Assembly: GCA_003427395.1 (NCBI GenBank)
Contig: BFEA01000003.1
Location: 3,292,671-3,356,670, forward strand
Reading direction: 5' to 3'
Length of the DNA: 64,000 nucleotides
DNA from: Chara braunii
Lineage: Eukaryota > Plantae > Charophyceae
A program made the translations under genes and the position numbers. The notes under the pieces are model-generated. The model made no database searches and was not told where the DNA came from. It worked only from the letters and a program-made list of their open reading frames with translations. Below are positions 51,763-61,798 of this stretch, one piece after another; position 1 is the stretch's first letter, and every line of letters begins with the position of its first letter.

Positions 51763-52290
51763 TAGTAGCTGTTTTGAGAACATGAGCAGCACAGACAAGG
51801 TGCAGAGGTGGAAGATCGGTGGAGGGATCAACACCGACTCAACTTTTTTCTTTTCTTTGTTGTTTTTCTTTGAAAACATGGCCTCATGCCCAAGCCCTGG
51901 TTCTACTCTGGGCAGCAGCAGTCTGCCTCCTTTTACTTTTTCCTTTTGGAGTAGTAGGCTATTATTTTTCTTTTTGTTTCCCTTGTGTTTATCTTTGCGT
52001 TCTTTTTTTCAGTGGGAACTTGGAAGTCAAGGGGGTTCTTCACAAGCTTGGCAGACTGCTGCTCCCCCAGAGTAGAACCACGGCTTGGCCATGAGGCCAT
52101 GTTTTCAACAACAACAACAAAGAAAAGTAAAAGAAGGCAGACTGCTGCTCCCCGTAGTAGAACCACGGCTTGACCATGAGGCCATGTTTTCAAAAACAAC
52201 AACAAAGAAAAGAAAAAAGTTGGCCCCTCCACCGATCTTCACCTCTGCATCTTGTCTGTGCTGCTCATGTTCTTAAAACAGCTACTACTA
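51763..52290. mobile_element. About 530-bp foldback element with long inverted arms
   Basis: TAGTAGCTGTTTTGAGAACATGAGCAGCACAGACAAG... is inverted at ...CTTGTCTGTGCTGCTCATGTTCTTAAAACAGCTACTA. An internal approximately 85-bp module is duplicated in the right arm. Confidence 0.8.
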
Positions 52291-52343
52291 CCTCGCCTGT
52301 TTGTCTCCTCGATCCTTTTTTTTCTTTTTTGTTTTGTTTTCAC

Positions 52344-52753
52344 CTAGGAAGATTCTCACGCCCGGACGGTCCTGCCCGGACGGGCACCCGGGCGTGACAC
52401 CCGGGGGGGTCTGACGCCCGGGGTACGCGGNNNNNNNNNNNNNNNNNNNNNNNNNNNNNNNNNNNNNNNNNNNNNNNNNNNNNNNNNNNNNNNNNNNNNN
52501 NNNNNNNNNNNNNNNNNNNNNNNNNNNNNNNNNNNNNNNNNNNNNCCAATTCTGTGAGGAATTCTAATGTGACCCTCAGCCAAAAGTCGTTTGTATTTCA
52601 ATCCTACACAACATATTTTGTTTCCGGAATTTTTTTAGTTTTTTTTTTTTTTTTTTTGGGCGNTGGGGCTGCCCGGAACCCTGCCCGGGGGTCATACCCG
52701 GGCGTGTACCCGGGCAGAAGTTGGGTGCCCGGGCGCCCGGGAAAACAGCCTAG
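52344..52753. mobile_element. GC-rich non-autonomous DNA element, possibly hAT-like (contains a gap)
   Basis: CTAGG...CCTAG termini, many CCCGG subterminal repeats, and near-identical flanks GTTTTCAC / GTTTTTCAC. Confidence 0.5.
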
Positions 52754-55242
52754 GTTTTTCACTCAACTCTTCCTTTGAGCACACATTCGTTCCTTGCTGT
52801 TCAGATCCGGCGCAAATCGTAGATCCTAACGCAGAAGTTGCAGGTTCAAATCCCGTTTTTCCCGGGAGGTATGACTGTCGGCATTCTCCATTAAGAGATT
52901 GCAGCGAGAGTGAAATTTCCTTTGCCTTCATCCTCTCTCTCTTCACTGCCCCAAACCTGAGTTCTTTGGACCTCTGTATAGCCCTGTCATGGACTTCAGA
53001 ACTGTCATGGAGTCATGTTCATTGGGTGAGGGCTTCAGGTATTGAGGGGGGGAAGGGTAGGCGAGACGGGAACACATAGCCCTGTGTATTCCGGGAAGGA
53101 GAAGGGACAGTGATGGTTTTGCCTATGCGCCCTTTACAGGAGGTTGTTGTAGGTATACCAAATGCCTACCCCTCATGTACACACCTCCTCTTGCTTTCCG
53201 TGTTCTGGGCAGTTTTTGCCTACCCCTCATGTATACACCTCCTCTTGCTTTCCGTGTTCTCGGCAGTTTTACTCCTACGTCTTATTAATAGTCCACGTGG
53301 AAATCACCCACACACTGTGTATGCTTTTTATCGCAAAAGGGCTCCTCCTCATAATCCCACCCTAACCTCCATTTTAGTTAAACTGCCAATACACGACGGT
53401 CCCAGGCTTGCAGCGAAATCTTTCATCACCTACGAAAATGTCGGAGGCTGGGGGCTACCGGACCACAATGGCTGGTGGCGCCAGCCAAAACAGAAAAGAA
53501 GCACGCTGCTGCCGGTTCGGAAAAGCTTGGCACACAGTGGAAGGCTGCCAGGCCCCGGTGTATTGGTGGTTTAAAGTCCTGAGCCTCCTCCTCCTACCCT
53601 CGTCCCAGGTAAGGTCCTGGAATGTCCTTCCTATCCCCTGAGTAGTATTCTTGCCTGACATTTTGAAGCGAAACCCACATCCTGCTGCCATTTCTGCCTG
53701 TCCTCCAGTTGCTTGCTGGTATGCACGGTAAGAAAGACACCACTTTGGCCTACCCGAGCCATGGGGTGTGTGAAGGGGTGTGCAACATTCTGAGTACCCT
53801 GGCTTTGGTGAATTTTGACTCATTCCGCCGACAAAAAAATCCGAACAAAATCAGGGATGTTGCTTAGGTTCCTCTGCATCGGGGGAACAAAAAAAGAGGG
53901 TTGGCTCATGAAAAAGTCGTTGCGCCAAACCGAATGCATTTTTCAATCAAAGTCGATGTGACCCGGTAGGAGTGACGTCACTGACGTGTCAAGCTGGGGG
54001 GGCCTGGGGGATTGTCTTTTTGGTTTGTGAACATAGCCTCAGGTGAACTGGTGGTTTAAAACTTCAAACGCCATCCGTGCATCAGGGCCTCCTCCACCAA
54101 ACTGGGCCTTCTTGGCTGCGGCCCTGCGAGACAGTTTTCCCTGAAAGTCCCACTGGTCACTTGGGGTAACCCCAGACCGATCGTGCATAATGGTGGGTCC
54201 TTGCAAGAGTGTTCTTGGATGCGCTGATGGTGGAGCTTGTAGATTAGGAGTGCCTGCTAAAATTATTATTAAGTCAGAAAGCTTCTGATTTCCTAGTAAG
54301 TGTCAGTTTGTAACTCAGAAGTAGTCTCTCACATTAATACAGAATAAATGACTACTCTAGTAACTCTACATGATTTGAAGTTTTGAACTCTTTCGGATTA
54401 AACTGCTACTACACGGGCCCAGCCTTGCGGAAAGTTTTTGTCGCCACAAGCAAAAGTCGGATGTGCCGCGCGCCCAGGGCAGCTGTTGGGAAAAAAAAAA
54501 TCTGTAGCCTCCAAAGTGGTGCGGGTTTCATGCTGACACCCGCGGGCTGATGTGTGGTGTACTGGTGCTTTAAGAGTAGTAAGATGGTAACCCGTAACAT
54601 TATAGAATCAGAGGGGACTTGGAACGCGCAACTAGTATTTAATTAATTTTAATATTTTAATATTTATTAAATTTTATTTATTTATTTAGTAGTATTTGCC
54701 ATTTGGGCCGTCGGGTCGGTGCTTTGCCTGGGACATCGTCTCAAGATTCTCAACTGTACAAATTCACCCCTCCTGGCCCTCAAGGACATGCTGCTGGCCT
54801 GCTGGCCAGACAAAAAGACTCTAGCTGTGGGCCCTGTGGGATGCAAGATCACTGCAATTCCTGCAGAGTGTGGTGATCCCCAACCAAGAGAATTACCTTA
54901 CTGGATTGACCACTACTGTCCCAACATCTACACTGTTACTCTCGTAGACCCCAGCCAGTGATAGATGTAGGCTAATGAGTCGGATCAGACAGACTGGCGT
55001 AGATGCTGATTGACTGGCTGCGTGCAAGGCATGGATATGATTTGAAGGCTATTCAATACATGATGAATATGATTGGTTGCATTGTTGCAAGAGTTGTGCG
55101 GCATCTTTTGTGTGACACATACAACATGCATGCCCATGCAGATGCAGTGGCGCAGACACACCGTTCTAATGATGTGCAATGTCGCCTGATGTGCAACACA
55201 CTTGCAAATGTTTGTCTTCCGGGGTTGGGGGGAGGGGGGGGG

Positions 55243-55328
<86 letters not shown>

Positions 55329-55454
55329 TGGGGGGGAGGGGAAGGGGGAGGATTAACGCAGGTAGGTGACTGTTTCAGTTTGAGAGTGCGCGTGGACATA
55401 CACATACTGGCAGTGTTTGTGGAATTTATGCCTTCATCAGTTTAAAATGATAGC

Positions 55455-55613
55455 ATCTTCCCCTTCTTCCCCTTCTTCTTCTCCTTCTTCTCCTTCTTCT
55501 TCGTTCTAAACTGTTTGTTGCTGTTTGTGGTGGTTGTTGATGCTGCTTGTTGTTGCTTGTGGTTGCTGATGGTTGTTGGTTGTGGTTGGTTGGTTTGTTG
55601 GTTTGTTGGTTTG

Positions 55614-55660
<47 letters not shown>

Positions 55661-55835
55661 ATGATGATAAAGAAAGTTCATTGTTGTTGTTGTTGCTGCT
55701 GCTGCTGAAAAAGAAAGTTCATTGTTGTTGTTGTTGTTGCTTGTGGTTGTTGGTTGTGGTTGGTTGGTTGGTTGGTTTGTTGCTTTGTTGGTTTGTTGGT
55801 TTGTTGGCTTATTGTTGTTGCTGTTGCTGTTGCTG

Positions 55836-55866
<31 letters not shown>

Positions 55867-55880
55867 TGTGTTGGTGGTGG
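55455..55880. repeat. Compound microsatellite region (CTT, GTT, TGGT, GCT, GAT)
   Basis: Directly visible. Confidence 0.9.
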
Positions 55881-57111
55881 TCGTTGAACCCAACAACCCA
55901 GGGCATCCATTTGCTAACCAACAGTTTGGACTTTGGAAATGGCTTTGTGACCCCTTTGCTTTGTTTGCAACTTTGCACAATAGAACCCTGCCCACAGAAA
56001 ACTGGACTCCTTCGTAGGGTCAGGCGACTCAGGCTCCAGTGATGCTATGCCTATGCAAGCTAAGCATGCACCTGCTGGCAAAACCCTGCCGCATTCATGT
56101 TCACTTGACACAAACATAGCACCGCTGCCCCCTGACAGTTTGTTCGGGCTTTGCTTCTCCCATGCACCCAAGCCTGGTGGAACATTGCTCTCATGTTTTT
56201 TTCTCAAACTTCTACCTATGTATTTCATAAGGGATGCTGACCCGTTTCGCAGCACATGCTGCTCCCCACAAATAGATTGGAACTTGTGCTTGAAAGAAAA
56301 AGAAAACAAAAAGAAACAAACAAAAAGCCTGGAACATTGCATTTAACCACTGACAGGAGACCCTACCGTCTTCCCCCGAACATAACGCACCCTAAAAATG
56401 AATGTATACGAGTTTTGTTTCCGGCCAGATACAGCCAAGATGAGGGTGCGTTGTGTTCGGGGGAAGACGGTAGTCAATAAATAAAAGGATGGTACTTGTG
56501 AAAACACCGGGCAGCTTCTCTCCCAGCCTCCCAGGAGATGAGGAGGGCAACTACCAATCTCTTTTTCCAACAATCGCAGTTTTATGGCCTTGCTTGTGTG
56601 CACAATCTGAGACAGCCTATGGCAAGTGGGACAAGAATATCTTATTCTTGGTCCCAATGGAACTTTCAGGTCCCCTTCCGCAAGCAGATGGTTGGTGGTC
56701 CCTACTACCTAGTAGTCATCTGGCAGTTCTGGCAACTTGGCATGGCAGCAAAGTTTAGTGTGCGTGGCAACAAGAAACACTGACCGCTCTGGTTTTGAAA
56801 TCTGTTCCTTCTCTGGATATGCCGCTGGCTATTTTAGTATTTTCAAATACATTTCCATCCCAGAATTATCCCTGAATTAGACTGCAAATGCACTGTACTT
56901 TCCCGAATTTACTCAGGCATTCGAAGTGGGAGCAGAAGCAGGGCAAGGAGTTACTGACAAGGTGTCTGCTGCTGCCTGCGGATTGATCAGTTTGGTGGAG
57001 GTGGGAAGGATGTGGTGGACTCTGCCTTCGCTACTAGTCTTGAGGTTGGCTGACGATTGGGAGATGCCACAGGTGGAGGAGTGGAGGTGGCCGTGGGGTT
57101 ATTGGAGTTGT

Positions 57112-59538
57112 TTATGCGGGAGGCAGAGGAGGTGACTGTGGCGCGGGTTGGGGTGCTGGATTTGGTGTTGGTGGCGGTGGTGGTGCTGGTGTTGGTTGTG
57201 CTGGGGGCGGCGATGCAGTTGTCGGCGATGAGGGTGGCGGGGCTGGCACTGGCGGCAGTGTTGGTTGAACTGGTGGTGACGCCGTTGGTGACGAGGGTGG
57301 CAGGGCTGGCTTTGGTGGTGGTAGCGGTGGAGGTGGTGCTGAGGCTGTCGTTGATGAGGGTGGTGCGGCTGGCTTTGGTGGTGGTAGCGGTGGAGGTGGC
57401 GGTGAGGCTGTTGGCGATGAGGATGGTGGGGCTGGCTTTGGTGGTGATAGCGGTGGAGGTGGTGCGGAGGCTGTCTGTGATGGGCGTGGTGGGGTTGGCT
57501 TTGGTGGTGGTGGTGGAATGGGTGGTAAAGTTGTCTGTGACGACGATGGTGGGGCTGGCTTTGGTGGGGGTGGTGGAGCCGATTGTGTTGTGGGTGGGGC
57601 AACTGGCTTTGGAGGTGGGGGGGGTGAGAGTGGCGGGCTTGACGGTGGTGCGGATGGTGGAGTTGGCTTTTGTGCAGGAGGGGGTGGAGTTGGCTTTGGT
57701 GGAGGTGGTGGTGCTGGACCTGGCTGTGGTGGGAGTGGTGGAGCTGTTTTTTCTGGTGCCGGCACAACTGGCTTTTGTGGAGGCGGTGGGCCTGACTGTG
57801 GTAAGGGTGGTTGAGATGGCTTATCTGTGGCTGGCACGGCTGGCTTTTGTGGGGGAGGTGGACTAGTCAGCGGTGGAGGTGGTGCAGTTGGCTTTTGTGG
57901 CGGTGGTGGAGACGGTTTCAACGGCTGTGGAGGTCTCACAGTGGACTGATCAGGCAAGCTCAGTTGTTGCAAAGTCACGCTGCTATTTGCCACAGCTGCC
58001 GCGGATTGCACGTTAGGCGGTTCTGACATCTGATTGCTTGGCCTTGAACCTCGACCACGCCGGGTCCTCTTCGATGCCTCTTGGTTCTCAACAGGAGGTG
58101 AAGTTGATGGAGGACGGACAACCAGATTGCCCTTGTTAACTTCTGTCTGTTCTCGTGCTGCAGGCTGCGGCGGCGCAGGGGTTGGCACTTGTGGTGGTGG
58201 CGGAGCCGCAGAACCACTCGATGCTGCAGGCTTCGGTGGCGCAGGGGTTGACACCTGTGGTGGTGGCGGAGTAGTGGAAGCACCCGATGCTGCCACACCT
58301 ATTCCTCCCGGATTGGCAGAGTTGGTGAGATCTCCATCCATCCTCCCTGATACATCCCGCTGAGCTGGCTCTGGGCTTTTGCTGGCAGATGGCTTCCTCC
58401 CTGAAGTACGGCGCGATCTTCTCCGAGTGTCTGAGCCCGGTGACTGGGCGACTTCTAGTGGATTAGAAGGTTGTGTGACTGCAGAGGGTGGCTGCACCCC
58501 TGGTATAGGAGGCACTGGCAGCTTTGGAGGAGCGGCTGAGTTTGAATCCTTTCGAGCTCCTTGTGCAGGAGCTGTAGAGGCCGGTGAAACGGAGGGTTGC
58601 TTGACAGCAGCGGCAGCAGACGTGCTCTGTGAAGCAGATGCAGGTTGAGTAGGTGGGGGAGGACTCTGGACCCCTGTTGGGTCGCCAACAGAGCGCTGGG
58701 CATTAGTAGGTTTAGGAGGAGAGGCACTGCTGATTTTACGTGGCTGAGGAGAATGCTGGGTGACATCAGCAGGTTGTGGTGTTTGTCCACTCTTCTCAGG
58801 CGAAGGATGACCGGGAATCAGAGGAACAGGAGGAGGAGGAGACCGGCTCCCAGCTCCATCGGTTGTGGATGTCTGATGCGTGTCAGGTTCTGCTGGACCC
58901 AATATACTCAATCTGCTTCTCCTATGCTGACCAACGCTCGACTTTCGCTCGGGACCACTTGCTGAGTGTGGGTGTGCGCTTGGTGCAGGGGGAGCTAAGG
59001 AGTTGCCTGGGGTAGTCCCAGGTTGAGGTGCAAGTCCCGCAATCGGTAACGGGGTTGGTATACCCACCCCTAGCGGTCCATGCAATTTTGGAACAGGTAC
59101 ACCGATGATACTGTCTTTCGAATCCAATTTTGAAACCCGCCTTGTCTCTTCATGTCTGAAATCCTGTACCTGGTTTGTACTCTGCGCTCGAGGAGAAGGG
59201 GTGCTACCCTGTTCCATCACCAATGGACTAGCACCATGACCACTTGCTGGGGTCGCACCAGCATGTCCCTCGTGTGCAGTGTCTCCCTGGTGTGATACAC
59301 TGTCAGCTCCGTCCCTGAGCGGAGGAGGGTTGGCCACAAAAGCACTATGCGGTAAAATCACATTCGATGCATGAAGATGCATTTGCATTCGTTGCTCCAA
59401 GATTGCCATTTGCTCAAATTTCGCCGCCAACTCAATCATCAACAGCTTCACTTGTGATGGCCCAATTGCATTCAAAGGTGCTTTCACCTGGGGAAGGGGG
59501 TTTCCATGGAGATGCACTTCTTGTAGCGTCACCATCAT
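57112..59538 (-). CDS. Pro/Ser/Ala-rich, probably disordered 808-aa ORF with C-terminal PPPPPKP repeats; function unknown, possibly one exon of a larger or decayed gene
   Basis: 2.4-kb open frame, mostly non-repetitive at the DNA level in its 5' two-thirds. About 21-aa repeats (PPPPLPPPKPAAPPSSTTASA) at the 3' end. No signal peptide or globular domain recognised. Confidence 0.5.
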   Translation of the reverse strand: MMVTLQEVHLHGNPLPQVKAPLNAIGPSQVKLLMIELAAKFEQMAILEQRMQMHLHASNVILPHSAFVANPPPLRDGADSVSHQGDTAHEGHAGATPASGHGASPLVMEQGSTPSPRAQSTNQVQDFRHEETRRVSKLDSKDSIIGVPVPKLHGPLGVGIPTPLPIAGLAPQPGTTPGNSLAPPAPSAHPHSASGPERKSSVGQHRRSRLSILGPAEPDTHQTSTTDGAGSRSPPPPVPLIPGHPSPEKSGQTPQPADVTQHSPQPRKISSASPPKPTNAQRSVGDPTGVQSPPPPTQPASASQSTSAAAAVKQPSVSPASTAPAQGARKDSNSAAPPKLPVPPIPGVQPPSAVTQPSNPLEVAQSPGSDTRRRSRRTSGRKPSASKSPEPAQRDVSGRMDGDLTNSANPGGIGVAASGASTTPPPPQVSTPAPPKPAASSGSAAPPPPQVPTPAPPQPAAREQTEVNKGNLVVRPPSTSPPVENQEASKRTRRGRGSRPSNQMSEPPNVQSAAAVANSSVTLQQLSLPDQSTVRPPQPLKPSPPPPQKPTAPPPPLTSPPPPQKPAVPATDKPSQPPLPQSGPPPPQKPVVPAPEKTAPPLPPQPGPAPPPPPKPTPPPPAQKPTPPSAPPSSPPLSPPPPPKPVAPPTTQSAPPPPPKPAPPSSSQTTLPPIPPPPPKPTPPRPSQTASAPPPPLSPPKPAPPSSSPTASPPPPPLPPPKPAAPPSSTTASAPPPPLPPPKPALPPSSPTASPPVQPTLPPVPAPPPSSPTTASPPPAQPTPAPPPPPTPNPAPQPAPQSPPLPPA

Positions 59539-59870
59539 GCAAACCTGTCATAATCTCACAGTCATGGAAACACACACAAGAACAACACTGGGGAACAAAA
59601 AAGTAAGCTACAGAAAAAAATGAGCAGGCCGTCTTCTATGACTGGATTGCACGAAACGACGAGTACAGGAGCTGGTTATGTGTCGATGGTGAGAGGAGGG
59701 AGGGGGGTTTCTGGGAACACAGGGCCAGGTCATTGCAGTGCTAAGCAGGAACATAGATTCATCACCAATCTTCCTTTTTTCATTCATTACAGAAAAAAAA
59801 CAGAGCCTTAAGGCTCTGGCTCCTTTACGATTCTGGGGAGCATCGGTCCGGTTCTTTTTCTTTTTCTAAT

Positions 59871-59969
59871 AAATCTGGACCATTTCTTGATCTATGCGTG
59901 TCATCGTTGGGCAGGGGCCATGCTAATCCTCTCTACATTGTTCCGATTTTAACGGGTGTCCTGAAGGAC
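59871..59969 (-). pseudogene. U6: Full-length U6 snRNA retrocopy (processed pseudogene)
   Basis: The minus strand reads GTCCTTCAGGACACCCGTTAAAATCGGAACAATGTAGAGAGGATTAGCATGGCCCCTGCCCAACGATGACACGCATAGATCAAGAAATGGTCCAGATTT, co-linear with plant U6. It has an A-rich tail and a 15-bp flanking duplication GCATCRGTCCGGTTC (59840-59854, 59970-59984). The ACAGAGA box is mutated. Confidence 0.9.
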
Positions 59970-60168
59970 GCATCAGTCCGGTTCCTATTCCCCTGGCAAG
60001 TCAAGAAAAGTACATCATGTACGCACTCCAACACTTCTCTCCATTACGGTTGAGATACCTGAGTGGGTGACATTGATTACTTCCTTTAGGATGGATGTAC
60101 CCCCCCTCACCCCTGGCTAAGCTAGTCTCCTTACCCTTCCCTTTAATGACGATATATATGCTGTTCTC

Positions 60169-60537
60169 TTGCCACATCAAACTGTCCGCAACCTCCTTTA
60201 TGTCGAAGATCATTCCTCTGGCACCGTAGTGCAGCAGTACAATGTACAGACACTGTGTGATCTTCTCCTTTGCACAGCCACAGATACTGTTGCACTTGGG
60301 TGTACTCGCCATCATCTTTGTCACAATCACTACCACGAGATGGTTTCTGCATCCATGTGTGTACAGGATTGTCCCTCCGTTCCTGACTGCAGGCACCCTC
60401 CTCATCCGATCACTAAATGTCCATTTTGTGGCCACGGACGCTATGCTGAATGCATGCTCTTTTGTGGGGGGCGTTCTTCCTTTATTCTGGCCTGCAATAG
60501 ACATGCTATTTGTCAGGAATGTATGGTTGGCATGCTT
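60169..60537 (+). CDS. Cys/His-rich ORF fragment with two RING-like zinc-finger motifs, truncated by an assembly gap
   Basis: CDLLLC..GCTRHHLCHNH...CPFC, followed by CMLFC-x9-CNRHAICQEC (RING-HC-like spacing). The ORF start is a TTG, so the true start is unknown. Confidence 0.4.
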
Positions 60538-61798
60538 NNNNNNNNNNNNNNNNNNNNNNNNNNNNNNNNNNNNNNNNNNNNNNNNNNNNNNNNNNNNNNN
60601 NNNNNNNNNNNNNNNNNNNNNNNNNNNNNNNNNNNNNNNNNNNNNNNNNNNNNNNNNNNNNNNNNNNNNNNNNNNNNNNNNNNNNNNNNNNNNNNNNNNN
60701 NNNNNNNNNNNNNNNNNNNNNNNNNNNNNNNNNNNNNNNNNNNNNNNNNNNNNNNNNNNNNNNNNNNNNNNNNNNNNNNNNNNNNNNNNNNNNNNNNNNN
60801 NNNNNNNNNNNNNNNNNNNNNNNNNNNNNNNNNNNNNNNNNNNNNNNNNNNNNNNNNNNNNNNNNNNNNNNNNNNNNNNNNNNNNNNNNNNNNNNNNNNN
60901 NNNNNNNNNNNNNNNNNNNNNNNNNNNNNNNNNNNNNNNNNNNNNNNNNNNNNNNNNNNNNNNNNNNNNNNNNNNNNNNNNNNNNNNNNNNNNNNNNNNN
61001 NNNNNNNNNNNNNNNNNNNNNNNNNNNNNNNNNNNNNNNNNNNNNNNNNNNNNNTCCTACATCTTTCTTTTTATGTTGTTCTCACCCCCTTCCTTAACGA
61101 CTCTCCTGCCTCTTCGCAGGAGCTGTATGCCTATTTGGCTGGTTTCATGGTGAACTCAGCTCCTCCATTGTTTCTTATGACAGATGTTGTTACAAAAGTT
61201 CTGCATGGTTGTTTGTCCTTTTTTGGTAAGCTTGGTATTGTGACCATGTGTTGTGTACAACTGTTATGTACACTTTTTCCTTCAATGCATGATGTGATTG
61301 TGATGGCGGTCACCGTAAGGGCACGGGTTGCACCCCTTTCCCGTGCAGTGGGTATAGTTACGGCCCGCCTAAGGTTGGCCAGACCCGGGCGGCTGCCTCC
61401 ATGCCCACTCACCTCTTGTTCCCTGTTCTTTGGGATAATCCTTCTACGCTGGCTCATGCATGTGTCAGTTGCTTGATGACATCTTTTTATGTAGACACTG
61501 TTGGTCTATCGGTGTAAGGCTCTAGGCATTGCTGCTGGTTGCACACTTATGCTGATTGCACACTCATCGGGAGACGCAGTTTCACATTTACACCAANCTC
61601 CCTCTTTGACAATGCTGCTGACTGTGAACAGCAAACAAAAAGGACGACGGCAGGAATCCCGACCTGAGCCGTCGGGCCTAAAGTCCTGTCACCTCATGCA
61701 CCCACCTCCTTTCTTTGGATTGAAAAGTTGACAAAGAAATAAAAAAATGAAGAAAAACAAATAAGAAAAAAACAAAAAAAACAATCGTTTCATAATCA

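Noticed and set aside
52790-52865. tRNA gene
   Set aside because: Only a B-box/T-arm-like motif is present; no A box or acceptor stem can be formed.
53110-55210. Several short protein-like ORFs
   Set aside because: No recognisable motif or consistent frame; one includes a simple tandem duplication of about 55 bp.
57057-57866. Val/Leu-rich membrane-like ORF (plus) and His-rich ORF (minus)
   Set aside because: Alternative frames of the proline-repeat tract.
59871-59969. Functional U6 or U6atac gene
   Set aside because: Mutated ACAGAGA box and stem-loop, no visible promoter, and TSD plus tail indicate a retrocopy; the overall sequence follows major U6, not U6atac.
61055-61476. Hydrophobic continuation of the RING-like ORF
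   Set aside because: Joined only through a gap of estimated length, so the frame linkage is unsupported and no motif is recognised.
61562-61605. Minus-strand GAAAC-TGC-GTC with GGGAG/CTCCC pairing, resembling a minimal PLE hammerhead
   Set aside because: No CUGANGA core or stem II in the required position, and it is antisense to the element.
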